DNA of 64,000 nt. Source: a virus. The stretch is taken from positions 1 through 64,000 of the IMG/VR virus record IMGVR_UViG_3300044946_000175. One strand, written 5' to 3'. The stretch's first letter is position 1; every line of letters starts with the position of its first letter. A program made the position numbers and the translations under genes. Positions 1 to 10,890 of the stretch are shown piece after piece. A model generated the notes under the pieces. The model was not told the DNA's origin, did not search any database, and saw nothing but the letters and a program-made list of their open reading frames with translations.

Positions 1-11
1 AGTGTGATCGA

Positions 12-212
12 GTGGTTAAGATCATCCTGGAGTGTCTGGCGGATGGTCCCAAGAGTGCTTCTCAACTAGTGACTTTGACGAGAAAGAGCACAGATTACAT
101 CCAGTGTCAGTTACGTCGGAAGTGGGGCGAGTTGTGGGACCGCATTCGGAATCCGGAGAAGCGGCCTCCGAAGGTAACTGGTTGGCCGAACTATCTTTGG
201 AAGAAATTGTGA
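12..212 (+). CDS. C-terminal part of a putative winged-HTH protein (probably truncated at the window start)
   Basis: 'ILECLADGPKSASQLVTLT' resembles the start of an ArsR-like wHTH; the reading frame appears open towards the window edge. Confidence 0.4.
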   Translation: MVKIILECLADGPKSASQLVTLTRKSTDYIQCQLRRKWGELWDRIRNPEKRPPKVTGWPNYLWKKL

Positions 213-323
213 CTACTCCACAGTCGCTAAAGCGGCGTGGTTTCTACAGGGTTGTCCCTGATGCCCCTAAATGGTATCCGAAATCAAGAAGCTAAAGCCA
301 AAAAGCGTTTCATTCACGGGCCG

Positions 324-351
324 TTGTACTTGTCTTTTTGGGTGGTATATT
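324..351 (+). promoter_or_regulatory. sigma70-like promoter TTGTAC-N16-TATATT
   Basis: Hexamers read directly in an intergenic region; same 16-nt spacing as other promoters in the window. Confidence 0.45.
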
Positions 352-556
352 AAGGAGTAATAGGTCAAGCCAGCGGTGAGGGCGATCATTTTCCCGCAAA
401 GGCTGGCTAGGGAAATGAGGGCCACCAATTTTTTCGTAGCAGGAAAGGTAAAGGAGGCTTTATGCCGAAGACTTTTTCTCAATTTTCGGCAGAGGTTCTG
501 AAAAGGACACTGACAGATCCTTTATTCCTTCTGCTTGTTTTTGTTGTTTTGGGTTT

Positions 557-1147
557 TTGGATTTGGATTGCGAGATGAGAACGATTTGTGAGCGTATTGT
601 CGATCCGCCACAAGAATTGCAGGAGGGACAGCGTAATTGCTTCTGGTGCCAACGCGCGTTCTGGAAAGGCGAACTCACCAAAGATCATTTAGAACCGGCC
701 AGTTTGGGTGGTGCCGACGAGTACTGCAATCTAGTTCGTGCTTGCTCGGAATGCAATAATGAACGCGGGTTATTTCCAGCGATGTTTCGGCGAGGGCATC
801 AGACGTTTGCCAAAACTGATCCCCTGGCGCAGTCTTGGGCTGTCAAAAAGTACCTCGATAAGGTTGTTGAGGTTGTTACTTTGCAAATGGAATGGCGTGA
901 TCTGGAGATTCTTCGACTCGGGTGGTCGCCCTCGTGGGAAATTGTCATTCCCGAGAGCGCAGAAGACTGCGTGAAGATGTCCAAAAACGCGATTACATCG
1001 GCTAGGAGGCATTATGCTGCCAAGCAACAGTGGCGAGATCGGCTGGAGAACTATTATCGAGAACAGCGACTAAAGCGACAGCAGGAGGCGGCTTCAGCCG
1101 TGGCAGAAATGAACGGCCATTTATCTAATCTGAAAGGCAAAACATGA
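557..1147 (+). CDS. HNH endonuclease (McrA/HNH_5-like)
   Basis: CFWC...LTKDHLEP..LGG.D...NLVRACSECNNERG motif; ATG at 575 is the likelier start. Confidence 0.8.
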   Translation: MDLDCEMRTICERIVDPPQELQEGQRNCFWCQRAFWKGELTKDHLEPASLGGADEYCNLVRACSECNNERGLFPAMFRRGHQTFAKTDPLAQSWAVKKYLDKVVEVVTLQMEWRDLEILRLGWSPSWEIVIPESAEDCVKMSKNAITSARRHYAAKQQWRDRLENYYREQRLKRQQEAASAVAEMNGHLSNLKGKT

Positions 1148-1970
1148 TTGCGGTCGATACTGTTTTTTGCGATGTGGCGGACTGTATGTCCTGTGCTGAA
1201 CTATCCAGTAAAGAAGACGTGAAGGACATTCCGAGTATGGAAGCTGCGATTGTGAAGATAGGCTGGACCGTCCACCGGTCGGATGGCGGGAATGTGCATT
1301 ACTGTCAAACTCATCGCGATTTTAAGTCGGAGAAAGGCAAAACATGACATCAGTACAAATTGCATGGTTTGTTGTTGGGTTGCTCGGTTCGATTTTGATG
1401 GGAGGGATGGGCTTCTTTCTCGGTCGTATGATTGGCTTCAGGAAGGGACGTCACTGCGCATACGAAGAGTACAGCGCGATGATTCGTGGATTGGAGCAGG
1501 GCATTCCTTACGGCGAGATTCATCGACGGTTGGATGAGATTTACCAAAAACGTGTAGTATGAGGCGTTATGAGCACATCCAACAAACGAAAGTGTGAAAA
1601 GTGCGGGCATCGCTTTGATGTGTCTGATGGCAGCGACCGTTGGCAGTGTCCGAAATGCTTGACGAAAGATTTCATCTGTGACGACACTTCCGACGAACCT
1701 CTTCCGATGATTTCGGCTCATCCAGAGGTACTCAAGACTGCCCATCCGCGCGATATCATCTGCAACAAGGCCGGAATGGAGTTGTGGGAATTTGTGAATT
1801 CATGGTCGGAGCGGCACGGGCTTACCTGGGTCGAAAAGGCAAACATACTGAACATGACGCTTCTGCTCTGGTGTGAGTTGGGAGGGAATCAGGAATTGAC
1901 TGAGCAGATCGTGAAGACGCGGGAATTGTTCGTCGAGATGGGAAATGCGGAACGCGAGAAGGCAAACTAA
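1144..1970 (+). other. Three small hypothetical CDSs (1144-1347, 1344-1562 single-TM, 1569-1970 with N-terminal CxxC..CxxC zinc ribbon)
   Basis: ATGA stop/start overlaps at 1144 and 1344; CEKC/CPKC motif; hydrophobic stretch in 1344-1562. Confidence 0.65.
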
Positions 1971-2050
1971 TAAAACATAATGAGCATTATCGGTCTCAGG
2001 CATCAACCGATAGTTGTCAACCAAACTGATGCCATTTACGAAGGTGAAGT

Positions 2051-2605
2051 ATGAAAAGTCTGTTCTCGCTGGTTGCGATTCTGGTATTTTCCCTGCCAGC
2101 ATTCGCCCAAAAAGTCGAACCGATACATTGCCTCTTCGCAGGCCGGGTAATTGGCCAAGTCCAAAAGGAAGAAGGTTGGAGTGTTAGCATTGGTCTTATG
2201 AAGGATCGTAACAATCCTGATGCTTGGGGATATCGATTCAAGATTGGAGATCAAAAGCTCTTTCTCAATGGAACCGAGTGGAAAGCCGGAGAAGCAATCA
2301 GCCCAGATGGCGAATTCCACACGGAGATTATGCAATGGTATGCTCTCAATGAGCCTTGCGGAGTAGTTGAGAAAAAAGATGGATCTATTGATATTGTACC
2401 CCTCAAAGGGCGGCAAAAAGAGGACTGGCTAAAAGTTATAGTTGATGGAACTGGTCGCAAGAGAGGGACTTCAATCGCTGATCAATTCAAGAATCCCTCT
2501 CTTGCTGAAGTACGAGAGATCAGGAAAAACTACTTCGCCAAAAATCCTCTAAAGCCAGTTGATCCCAGAAATCTACCCATTACTCCCGCTCGCAAGTGGG
2601 ACTGA
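2051..2605 (+). CDS. Secreted hypothetical protein
   Basis: Sec signal peptide MKSLFSLVAILVFSLPAFA. Confidence 0.65.
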   Translation: MKSLFSLVAILVFSLPAFAQKVEPIHCLFAGRVIGQVQKEEGWSVSIGLMKDRNNPDAWGYRFKIGDQKLFLNGTEWKAGEAISPDGEFHTEIMQWYALNEPCGVVEKKDGSIDIVPLKGRQKEDWLKVIVDGTGRKRGTSIADQFKNPSLAEVREIRKNYFAKNPLKPVDPRNLPITPARKWD

Positions 2606-2612
2606 CCGAAAC

Positions 2613-2670
2613 AAACTGAAGAGTAGATGGTAAATTTGCGAAAGCAATAGATCGTCCTCTTCAGTTTTCT
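2613..2670 (+). terminator. Long hairpin with GAAA tetraloop, possible intrinsic terminator
   Basis: aaactgaagag (2613-2623) pairs with ctcttcagttt (2657-2667); inner ttgc-gaaa-gcaa. Confidence 0.45.
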
Positions 2671-2708
2671 CTAACTATGTTTCTCACAACTTCCTTGGAG
2701 ACAAAATT

Positions 2709-4283
2709 ATGAACGATCCTGACCTTTTGAATAAAATCCGTGACTTTGCCAAACGTGGTAAAAAGAATAATGCAACATTCGCAATTAATTACAATGGCGA
2801 TCAGATGAATATGGAGTTAATTGTTCAACTCGAAAACGGTGTATCCGCGGTGGCCAAAGCAACAAATTTTGAGGATCTTTTTAGACAAATTGAGGATCAA
2901 ATTTGAAACCGCAATAGTACATAAGCGATATTATCAGACTTTATTTACTAGCGGAGATCATAATGTCTTGGAAAGTTGAGAAATACGGCGACAGGCCCGA
3001 CACGTACGCACTCTTCGATCCATCCGGGTGTGTGGCCACGACTGGTACGAAAGAGCAAATGGACGCCGCGCTCGCTCACAACCAGCCCTCTGCATCAAAA
3101 ATCGAGCCGGAAATCAAACTTTCCGATGCCGAGGACTGGGACGTGGGCGATACAGTAATTGTGGTCTACTGGCGAGATTTTGTGGTCATGGAGCAGGACA
3201 AAGGCAATTGGGATATGGTCCACGGCACGGTGATATCGGTTGGGGCCACGAAGATTTGCCACGAAGTCGGACCTGCCTTCCCTCCTCGATGGGGTGGTGA
3301 CATGGAGGCAAACGAAAGATCGTCTCTGCGGCATCGGTCGAGGGAGTGGTGTTTTCATTCCGTTGAAGAAGCAAAAAAGGCAATTGAAAAGTTGCCTCCG
3401 AAGGGCAAGTAAATGATTTGCATTCCCGTACAAACTCCGAACCACAAGGACGACCATTTAGTAATCGTTCTTGACGTGGATAATTTTATTCGAATGGGTC
3501 AAGCCGATCCTGCTGAAGTAAAGTGCAAGGAACTCGGCAAACAACTCGTCAATCCTCGTATCATGATAACTCACGAGAAGATGACGCCGGATTTTGAAAA
3601 ACTCCTCAAGACTGGCGACGTGCGTAAGATCGTGGAGTTCCTGTCCCGTGGCTTCAAGTTCCTGCCGCATCTGGGCGACAGCGACGAAAAGCCGAAATCT
3701 ATTCTGAAAGGTAAGTAATGGAAGATCGAGAACCGCCCAAGCAAAAGAGCACCGGACCGATTCACATGAATTACGGCGACGAATCCAGGTCGGAAAGTCG
3801 AGGAGGATTAGTCAGTAATGTCGCGCATGGCTCGCAGCCACCAGTCTATCGAGAAGGGCCACAAGGAATGCCAATGCCTGAGATGGCAGCATCCTGTGAT
3901 GGGCCGCGTTACGATAACGGCCAGCGTCGTGAGGATGCTCTGGGAATGCTCGACCGGAAGATCGTCGAACTGGAGAGCAAGACGCGAGGTCTGGTTGCTC
4001 TTCGCAAAAACTTGGGCGAGAATCCAAGTCCTGAACTGGAAGAGATGGTCTGGCGGATCTTGCAGGGTGAATTCCGGAGAATGTAATGGACGGTCCTGAA
4101 GAACCTCCCAATCCTCTCTTGCAGCGAATAGCTTTTCTTGATCACGTGATTCGTTGTGGTCGGATGGGAATTGGGTGGAGTATGGATTTTTACGAACTGC
4201 AATTACTTCGCAGAGAACGTGAATGTTTAGCCAACAAGATATTCGAAGAATCTCTGATAAAATTAAGAAGGCAAAAGAAGTGA
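2709..4283 (+). other. Run of small hypothetical phage CDSs (2709-2906, 2963-3412, 3413-3718, 3718-4086, 4086-4283)
   Basis: Co-oriented, mostly abutting or overlapping ORFs; no recognisable domain. Confidence 0.6.
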
Positions 4284-6292
4284 AGGCTCCTGTCTGTCTC
4301 GTGATTACCTGTGACCAGCTTGCCGAACGCAAGGCGAAGTGCATCGAGCACTTTCGTGAGAAGGGCGTACGTGCCACGTTCATGCGTGGGTTGCATGGGG
4401 TGTCTGCCGGTCTGAGGACAGTCAGGGAATTCGAGACAGGACAGACCATCAGTAGCGGTCACGTCGCCTTGATTTTGAACCATTACACTGCATGGCAGTG
4501 CCTCGACTTGATCCTTCGCGACTCAGACGACTACGGTATCGTATTCGAAGATGATGCCGTGCTGCCGGACAACTTTTCTGAAGAGGTCTTTAAGGTCAAG
4601 GAGGAACTATTCCATCTTTTGCCGAAATGGGATCTAGTCTTCTTGGGTTCTGGTGATGCCGGAATCCGTACGTGGAACAAGATCACTGAGCGGCTTGGCG
4701 GTCCTACTTCACGTTATTGCCGACAGTCGTGGCCGTGGGGAAGTCACGCGCTCATGATCCGCAAGAAGGCAATCCCTATTTTGTCTCGACTCATGGCCGT
4801 TGCCGAACGGAATATGGATCAACAACTCTATGATCGCGTCCTCAAGGACAATCATCTCGAATGGTGCATGGTACTGCCTTCTCTCGTCCAGCAGAGAACT
4901 TACGACCACAAGTCCATCGGTATGCCTGAGTGGAAGCCGTCCACCCTCGATAATCCTGCCGAAGAGAAGACACAACAGCAGCCCTTCGAGGTAAGTCGCG
5001 AGCAGTACGCGGCGACAATGAAGTTGATCGATCCCTACGAATGCATCTATCGTGGGGAGTTTATGGAGGAAACAGGCATTGGTGCGGTGCAGGAAGAATG
5101 CTCTTATTGCGGCGGAACTGGAAGGATTTATGGCGAACGTCTCACTCTGGCGGATATACCGGAACAGTGTGGGATGTGCTGCAATGGATTCATCACGAAG
5201 AACAAGTCGATAGTCTTGTCGGAGTGCGCTCGTCTGAATGTACCCTGTCATGTTCGGGTAGATGTGAATGATGTGGTACTAGGAGAACGGAAAGTAATCT
5301 CGTGCGCGACCTGCGACGTTCGGTCGGAGATCCACCGCAATACGAACGTAGTCAAGCTGCCGATTCCGGACGGCCACTTCAATCCGTCAATGTGTCTGTA
5401 TCGCGGTGAACAACTGATCGTAGCTACTCGCGACTCCTGGGGCCATTCTGCATTAGGGTTGTGGAAACTGAAGAATAGCAAGGACGATTGGTTGGGAGAG
5501 TGGAGCGTCGAGCCAATCGGAAGTTTTCGGAGTTCGCATCCAGACGCTCCGAGATTGGAAGATCCTCGTCTACATCTTATGGATGGTTTTTATGCCGCTC
5601 TCAATTTGCCGGACAATTATCCTCCCAAGCTCGTGAGGGTTGGAACTGTAAAATTCAAAACCGATCTTTCTGGAATAGACGAAATACAAATTTACGATTC
5701 GCCTTTTGGTAACGCTTATGAGAAAAATTGGGTGCCATTCCTGTACTGCGGGATGCGACGGTGGATTTATGGGATCAAGCCAGAGCATATTATTTTGAAT
5801 CACAATGGCGAAGTTGTCTATAAGACAGACAATAAGTTGCCTTGGAAGGGCGGTGCATTGCGAGGTGGAGCAACACCAGTTCTTGTGCGAAAACCGGACG
5901 GAAGTCGTTGTTACTATCATTTCGCTCATGGCTGTCTCAAGACTCCCAAGGGAAACTGCTATACGATTGGTTGTGTCGTATTCGATTACGAACCGCCGCA
6001 TCGGGTTTTAAGGCAAACTGCTGTTCCTCTTGTCTGGCCGGAAGCATATCATGGCAACGAGGCAGTAGTTAAGCGGAACGTGGTGTTTCCAGGAGGAGCA
6101 GTACCCCACAACAATAATTGGTTTATAATTGCCGGAAGGGACGATACTGATTGCGTGCTTTATCGGCTTCCTTTTGAAGAAGTAGAAGCTGCTTTAACCG
6201 ACATTCCAGAAATCGACGAAGTCGTTTCGATAAGACAAACCCCTGTCTCCCTTGGTGTACTCGCAAAAGAAAGAAATGGTCTATTCGAATGA
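4280..6292 (+). CDS. Fusion: glycosyltransferase family 25 + Cys-rich zinc-binding region + GH130/GH43-like five-bladed propeller
   Basis: GT25 motifs 'LILNHYTAW..GIVFEDDA..WDLVFLG'; CSYCGGTG/CGMC; propeller motifs 'FNPS', 'LEDPRL', 'YEKNWVPF', 'LRGGA', 'VVFPGGAV', 'GRDD'; GTG at 4280 overlaps the upstream stop. Confidence 0.8.
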   Translation: MKAPVCLVITCDQLAERKAKCIEHFREKGVRATFMRGLHGVSAGLRTVREFETGQTISSGHVALILNHYTAWQCLDLILRDSDDYGIVFEDDAVLPDNFSEEVFKVKEELFHLLPKWDLVFLGSGDAGIRTWNKITERLGGPTSRYCRQSWPWGSHALMIRKKAIPILSRLMAVAERNMDQQLYDRVLKDNHLEWCMVLPSLVQQRTYDHKSIGMPEWKPSTLDNPAEEKTQQQPFEVSREQYAATMKLIDPYECIYRGEFMEETGIGAVQEECSYCGGTGRIYGERLTLADIPEQCGMCCNGFITKNKSIVLSECARLNVPCHVRVDVNDVVLGERKVISCATCDVRSEIHRNTNVVKLPIPDGHFNPSMCLYRGEQLIVATRDSWGHSALGLWKLKNSKDDWLGEWSVEPIGSFRSSHPDAPRLEDPRLHLMDGFYAALNLPDNYPPKLVRVGTVKFKTDLSGIDEIQIYDSPFGNAYEKNWVPFLYCGMRRWIYGIKPEHIILNHNGEVVYKTDNKLPWKGGALRGGATPVLVRKPDGSRCYYHFAHGCLKTPKGNCYTIGCVVFDYEPPHRVLRQTAVPLVWPEAYHGNEAVVKRNVVFPGGAVPHNNNWFIIAGRDDTDCVLYRLPFEEVEAALTDIPEIDEVVSIRQTPVSLGVLAKERNGLFE

Positions 6293-7932
6293 ACCAGCAA
6301 TCACCAAAGCGCCGTCCTGTTCGCAGCCAACCACAACCGCCGGATGGTCCGTTTGCTATCATCTCTACGCGAAATAAACGGTCCCAGTTTCCGCTGCCTC
6401 GCAATGTTCAGCCGAGCGATGCGATCAATATCCTGCTTCAGAATCCTCCCTTTCAGAATTTTCAGAGGATACTTCAGGACCAGGATACTGAAGTCGAGGT
6501 GGTGATGTATTCTCGCGGGCAGGTCGTGAAGGGGCCGTTTCTGGTCAAGGAACGCAAGGTCTATCAACCAGGTCCTCCTCTGTCGCAGAACGGCGTACCA
6601 ATCCCGACCGAGAATCTGGGTCATTTGAATCCACAAGTCCAGCAACAAGTCCATCTCCCGCCAGGGGAGCAGTTCGATGACGGGATATACGATGATCGGC
6701 TGTCGTCGGGAACCGAAGACGAATACGATCAGGCAACTGCTGGTGAGCTACTCCGAATGAAAATCGATAGTCTGGAGCGGCAGGCCGAGCACCTGAAAAG
6801 CCTCATCCCCCTCGTCGATCAGTTTCCGGTGGAGTCGCCGGAAGAATTGGGGATGAGGGAGCTTTTGCGTGTTGGGATGGAGAAAGAATAACCATTCTGC
6901 TGGATTTGAAACTTGTCTTTTGGAGACACACAGTGATCGATTCTGACGCACAGCTTTTGTCGTTACCGCTGGCTGATGGTTTGAGAAATCTGATCGAGCA
7001 GCACGGTATTGAGTTGGTGCTGAAAGCTGCTGACCACTTTCGTGCTCATGCGGGCATTCCGCCAGCGCCGACGGATCATATGTCGATGTTGGGACTGGGC
7101 AACGACTGCATTGATATCGCTCGTTTTCTGGCCGACCGTCAGAATAGTTCGGAATGCGTGCTGAAAGGCAATACAATAGCTAAGATTGTATCCACTTGCT
7201 TGTCGGTGGGGAATCTTTTGCAGGTCCAATATAAGCCGAAAACTCCAATCCAGTCTGTTTTTACCGATGCTGATGGTGTGGCGCACGAAGTCATACGAGG
7301 CGCGTGACTCTCAGATGAAAGTACCGATCTTTCTTCCGACAAGACTTTACTCGTATCCGTTCTCCGTTCAACAAAACCGTCCGAAATCCTACAGGAGCAA
7401 TCTCGTGGCCGATACAACTGCAACTCTCGAATCCATGACTAAACCGCCGGTCGGGGTTCAGTCATTAAAAACAATCAACCCTGCCGATTCGTTGTTCGCT
7501 CAAGGAATCGACTACAGTGATCCTCTTGCCGTGGCAAATGAAATGGAAGCGATATCTCTCGGTTTGCAAAAGCAGGCCGACTCGATTACTTCGGGTCACG
7601 GCTCACACTCCAATCCAGAATTCCTACTTCGCAAAGCCGCCGACATCGGACGGAGATGTTCGACGTTTTTGAAAGAGTTCATTGCGATCTGCTCCAAGAC
7701 AGAAGTGGAAAAAAGGTAAAAAATGAAAATCGGCGATAGTGTTTTGTTTAACTCTGAGTATCAAATGTCCAGGGGATTTGATCCGACAATGTTGTTGGAT
7801 TACTATGGATGTGGCAGGGTTATCGATGTACTCGAATCACCACCATGCAGATTAGTCAAGATTAAGTGGGAGAAGGTAGATTTGCCTTGGTGGTATGAGA
7901 CTAAAGCTGTGATTCTCGAAGGCAAAAAATAA
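6289..7932 (+). other. Hypothetical CDSs 6289-6891, 6906-7307, 7315-7719, 7723-7932
   Basis: Tightly packed co-oriented ORFs. Confidence 0.55.
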
Positions 7933-7944
7933 ATAAGCCTTTCT

Positions 7945-7976
7945 GAGAGCCCCAATCCTATGACTGGGGCTCTTTC
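7945..7976 (+). terminator. Hairpin upstream of the portal gene
   Basis: gagagcccca...tggggctcttt stem followed by a T-rich tract. Confidence 0.45.
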
Positions 7977-8031
7977 ATTTCTGCTGAATTTTGATACACT
8001 ATTCCAGTTCAAAGTCCACCGGAATAGTGTC

Positions 8032-10890
8032 ATGTCTGAAATTGATGTAGTTCGCCTTCGGCCCGACATTCCGACAAAGGCCGATTTTCATTCCGATCCA
8101 ACAAATCGGAAGCAGTGGACAATGGAAAATTTCCGCTTACCTAGCGGAGAAAGTATGCTAGGGCCGGACGCATTTCTAGTGCCTCCCAGTCGTGAGTTTA
8201 CTCAAATAGTTAATTCAGCAACCAAGGTTTATAGCTATCGTTTCGACGAAGCTATGAGGGACACATATGTAAACGCTCGTTCGATGATGAGAGACACGTT
8301 CATTCTCGGCCTTTTAGAAGAACGCATTCTTCCCACCATCAACCGCGACTGGCATCTCACCGTTGAAGATGAAAAAGATCCATTCCAGGTTCACGTTCGG
8401 GATAGCCTTACCAAAGTCGTGAAGAGAATCAAGGACTTCGACGCCATGCGTCGGCAGTTCATGATGGGGGCATGGTGGGGTCGTGGTGGCAATCAGTGGA
8501 ACTTCACACGACTGGAAGACTTGAACAATGCGTGGGGTATTGGAAATTGGGACCCCCTTCACGGCGATTCAATCCAGTTCACGTACGACGGCGTTCCGGC
8601 GATCATGCTCGACAGCATGACGACGGGTTGGTACGCGCGGAATGGAGCGAAATGGGGCATCGACTTGCGTTGGACGGATCGGGGTGGCACGGCTCTCTGC
8701 CTTCAGCGTCCATACTGGCGCGAGCGGTTTGGTATCTATCAGCACATCCGTCAGAAAGCTGATTATTTTGAAGGTGAACTGGCCGGATCGGTGCAGGGAT
8801 TCGGTTTGCGGGGTCAGGTCTATTGGCAGTATATCGCTCGATCCGATGCCTTGACGTGGATGCTGGCCTACATGCAGGCCGTCGGCATGATGGACCTGCT
8901 CGTCTTCAATTATCCAGCCGGGAATGAGGCCGCACGTCTCCAGCAAATCGCCAATGCTCAAGCCGTGATCGGTAAAGCCGCCATCGTCTGTCCTCGTAAT
9001 CCGCAGGGGAACTGGCCAGCCATCGAACAGATTCAGATGAATGAGGCCGGACTGAAGGCGTTACAAAACCTCGTGGCGGACTACTTTGATCGGAACATCG
9101 AGAGAATGATCGTCGGTCAAAGCATGTCGTCTGGCGGCGGACAGATGCAGGGGTTGGGCGATACGGGACGGGCATTTTTGGCGAAGGCAACTAAAGACGA
9201 GATTTTGATTCATGATGCAAATCGTCATGATAATGTATTGACTTATGATCTACTTGCGCCTCTCAAACGGTACAATTTCCCCACAGCTAAGTTCCCGGTT
9301 TATTTCAAGTCGCTCCTGCCGAATACAGAAGCAGCAGAGAAAGTTCGGAATGGTCTGGACCTCGTAAGCATTCAAGTGCCGATTAAGATGAACGAGTTGC
9401 GAGAGGCGGCTGGTTACGCTCATCCAGAGCAGGATGATGAAGTGGCAGGTGGACCTCCTCCAATGATGCCGATGGACCCGATGGGAATGTCAGGTGAAGG
9501 CGCGCCTCCCATGCTTCCGGCTGCTGGCGGCGCAACTACATTCGCGAATGCTGGCGGAGTCCAGGAACCGATGCCATTCTCGCGGGATTCTTGGGACATG
9601 CCGACAAGATTTATGGGAACGGCTCCGGGTGGGATGGGGACCACGCCATCTGGATTTGGTTTTCCTGGAGGAAGTAATACTTATCTGCCAGGAGGAAACT
9701 TCGGCAAAAGGCAAAAGAAGATCGGATTTACTCGATACGATTATCCAGTTCAGCCAATGACGCAAGAGCAGCCTTATCCGCGCGTGCTGGTGCGCGGGGA
9801 TACTATATGTGTGGATACCGGATTGGAGAGATTTACGCTTTATCCAGGCGATCAGCTTTACTCGGAATGGATTTCCTGGGTCGCTGCCAACAGACAAAAA
9901 GTTCGTTGGGCATCGGTTAGCGACCCGTCGATTGCTCCTCAGTTCGGTCAGACGCTGATTGCTCCCGAACAGTATCACAATCGACGCAGGCCGACGCACT
10001 ATAAGTACTACGATCAGATATTTGAAGATGCTGGTGGTGCATGGAAAGTACCTGATATCAAACATTACATCAACATGATGAGTATTCAGCCCCAAGCATT
10101 AAGTGTGAGCAAACTAGCGATTAACAATCTCAAACCAGGAGAAGAAGAGGCAGAAGACGAACTGCCTGGCCATCCAGAATTTATCGAACGTGCAGACCAG
10201 ACAGACCTCGAATTTCCGATCATGGTTATTCGTTACCCAGATGGAGATTGGATATGTGACGGCGTTCATCGATTGTGGAAGGCAAGAGCTAAAGGCATGA
10301 AGACTATTGAAGGCTATCTTATCACTAAAAACCAACTTGACGAAATTCCCCATCGCAGGTTACATGAGCAGTACCGGGGCTGGAAAAGACCGACGTACTA
10401 TCGGGCCGATACTGGAGGTCGAGAGCACTCTGAAACCGATGGCAAGTTCACTAATAAGAAAAATCCAGGTGGTAAGGGGGAGAACACTAAAAGACAAAAT
10501 ATTAAACGTCCCGAGTGGCGTTCGGAGAACCTGACCGATCCGAATACTCGCGTATCTAAAATTCTCAGTCATGTCAAGAGCGTGCCGCGACGGACAATCG
10601 ATCAGGCATGGAAAAAGGTAACTGGACAGTACGAGAAATTAAAGACAAAATATGGCCCGACATACGCACGCCTCATAGTAGGAAGCGCCATCGCGACACT
10701 GCCAATTCCAGTACCGGGTATTTCTCTCGCGACAGCGGGAACTATTACGGCAATTGCCATGCTTCATAAACGATTATTCGGCAACAAGAAACAGCCAACA
10801 CAGAATCGACGACTGCCGTTCGATCCTCGAACACAGGCTCGTCTTTTCCTTGATCGTTGTAGAATGAGACGCCATGCCACGACTAGCTAA
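8032..10890 (+). CDS. Portal protein (Mu gp29/DUF935-like) with a ~470-aa C-terminal extension including a ParB/Srx-like domain
   Basis: 'D..ILGLLEER', 'GFGLRGQVYW', 'IERMIVGQSMSS', 'LLAPL..YNFP' are portal-like; extension contains 'FPIMVIRYPDGDWICDGVHRLWKA'; first gene of the head module; ATG 8032 preferred over 7960. Confidence 0.75.
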   Translation: MSEIDVVRLRPDIPTKADFHSDPTNRKQWTMENFRLPSGESMLGPDAFLVPPSREFTQIVNSATKVYSYRFDEAMRDTYVNARSMMRDTFILGLLEERILPTINRDWHLTVEDEKDPFQVHVRDSLTKVVKRIKDFDAMRRQFMMGAWWGRGGNQWNFTRLEDLNNAWGIGNWDPLHGDSIQFTYDGVPAIMLDSMTTGWYARNGAKWGIDLRWTDRGGTALCLQRPYWRERFGIYQHIRQKADYFEGELAGSVQGFGLRGQVYWQYIARSDALTWMLAYMQAVGMMDLLVFNYPAGNEAARLQQIANAQAVIGKAAIVCPRNPQGNWPAIEQIQMNEAGLKALQNLVADYFDRNIERMIVGQSMSSGGGQMQGLGDTGRAFLAKATKDEILIHDANRHDNVLTYDLLAPLKRYNFPTAKFPVYFKSLLPNTEAAEKVRNGLDLVSIQVPIKMNELREAAGYAHPEQDDEVAGGPPPMMPMDPMGMSGEGAPPMLPAAGGATTFANAGGVQEPMPFSRDSWDMPTRFMGTAPGGMGTTPSGFGFPGGSNTYLPGGNFGKRQKKIGFTRYDYPVQPMTQEQPYPRVLVRGDTICVDTGLERFTLYPGDQLYSEWISWVAANRQKVRWASVSDPSIAPQFGQTLIAPEQYHNRRRPTHYKYYDQIFEDAGGAWKVPDIKHYINMMSIQPQALSVSKLAINNLKPGEEEAEDELPGHPEFIERADQTDLEFPIMVIRYPDGDWICDGVHRLWKARAKGMKTIEGYLITKNQLDEIPHRRLHEQYRGWKRPTYYRADTGGREHSETDGKFTNKKNPGGKGENTKRQNIKRPEWRSENLTDPNTRVSKILSHVKSVPRRTIDQAWKKVTGQYEKLKTKYGPTYARLIVGSAIATLPIPVPGISLATAGTITAIAMLHKRLFGNKKQPTQNRRLPFDPRTQARLFLDRCRMRRHATTS

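Noticed and set aside
368-426. HDV-like/theta ribozyme call
   Set aside because: No catalytic C in the J4/2 position and no adjacent tRNA; kept only as an unclassified structure.
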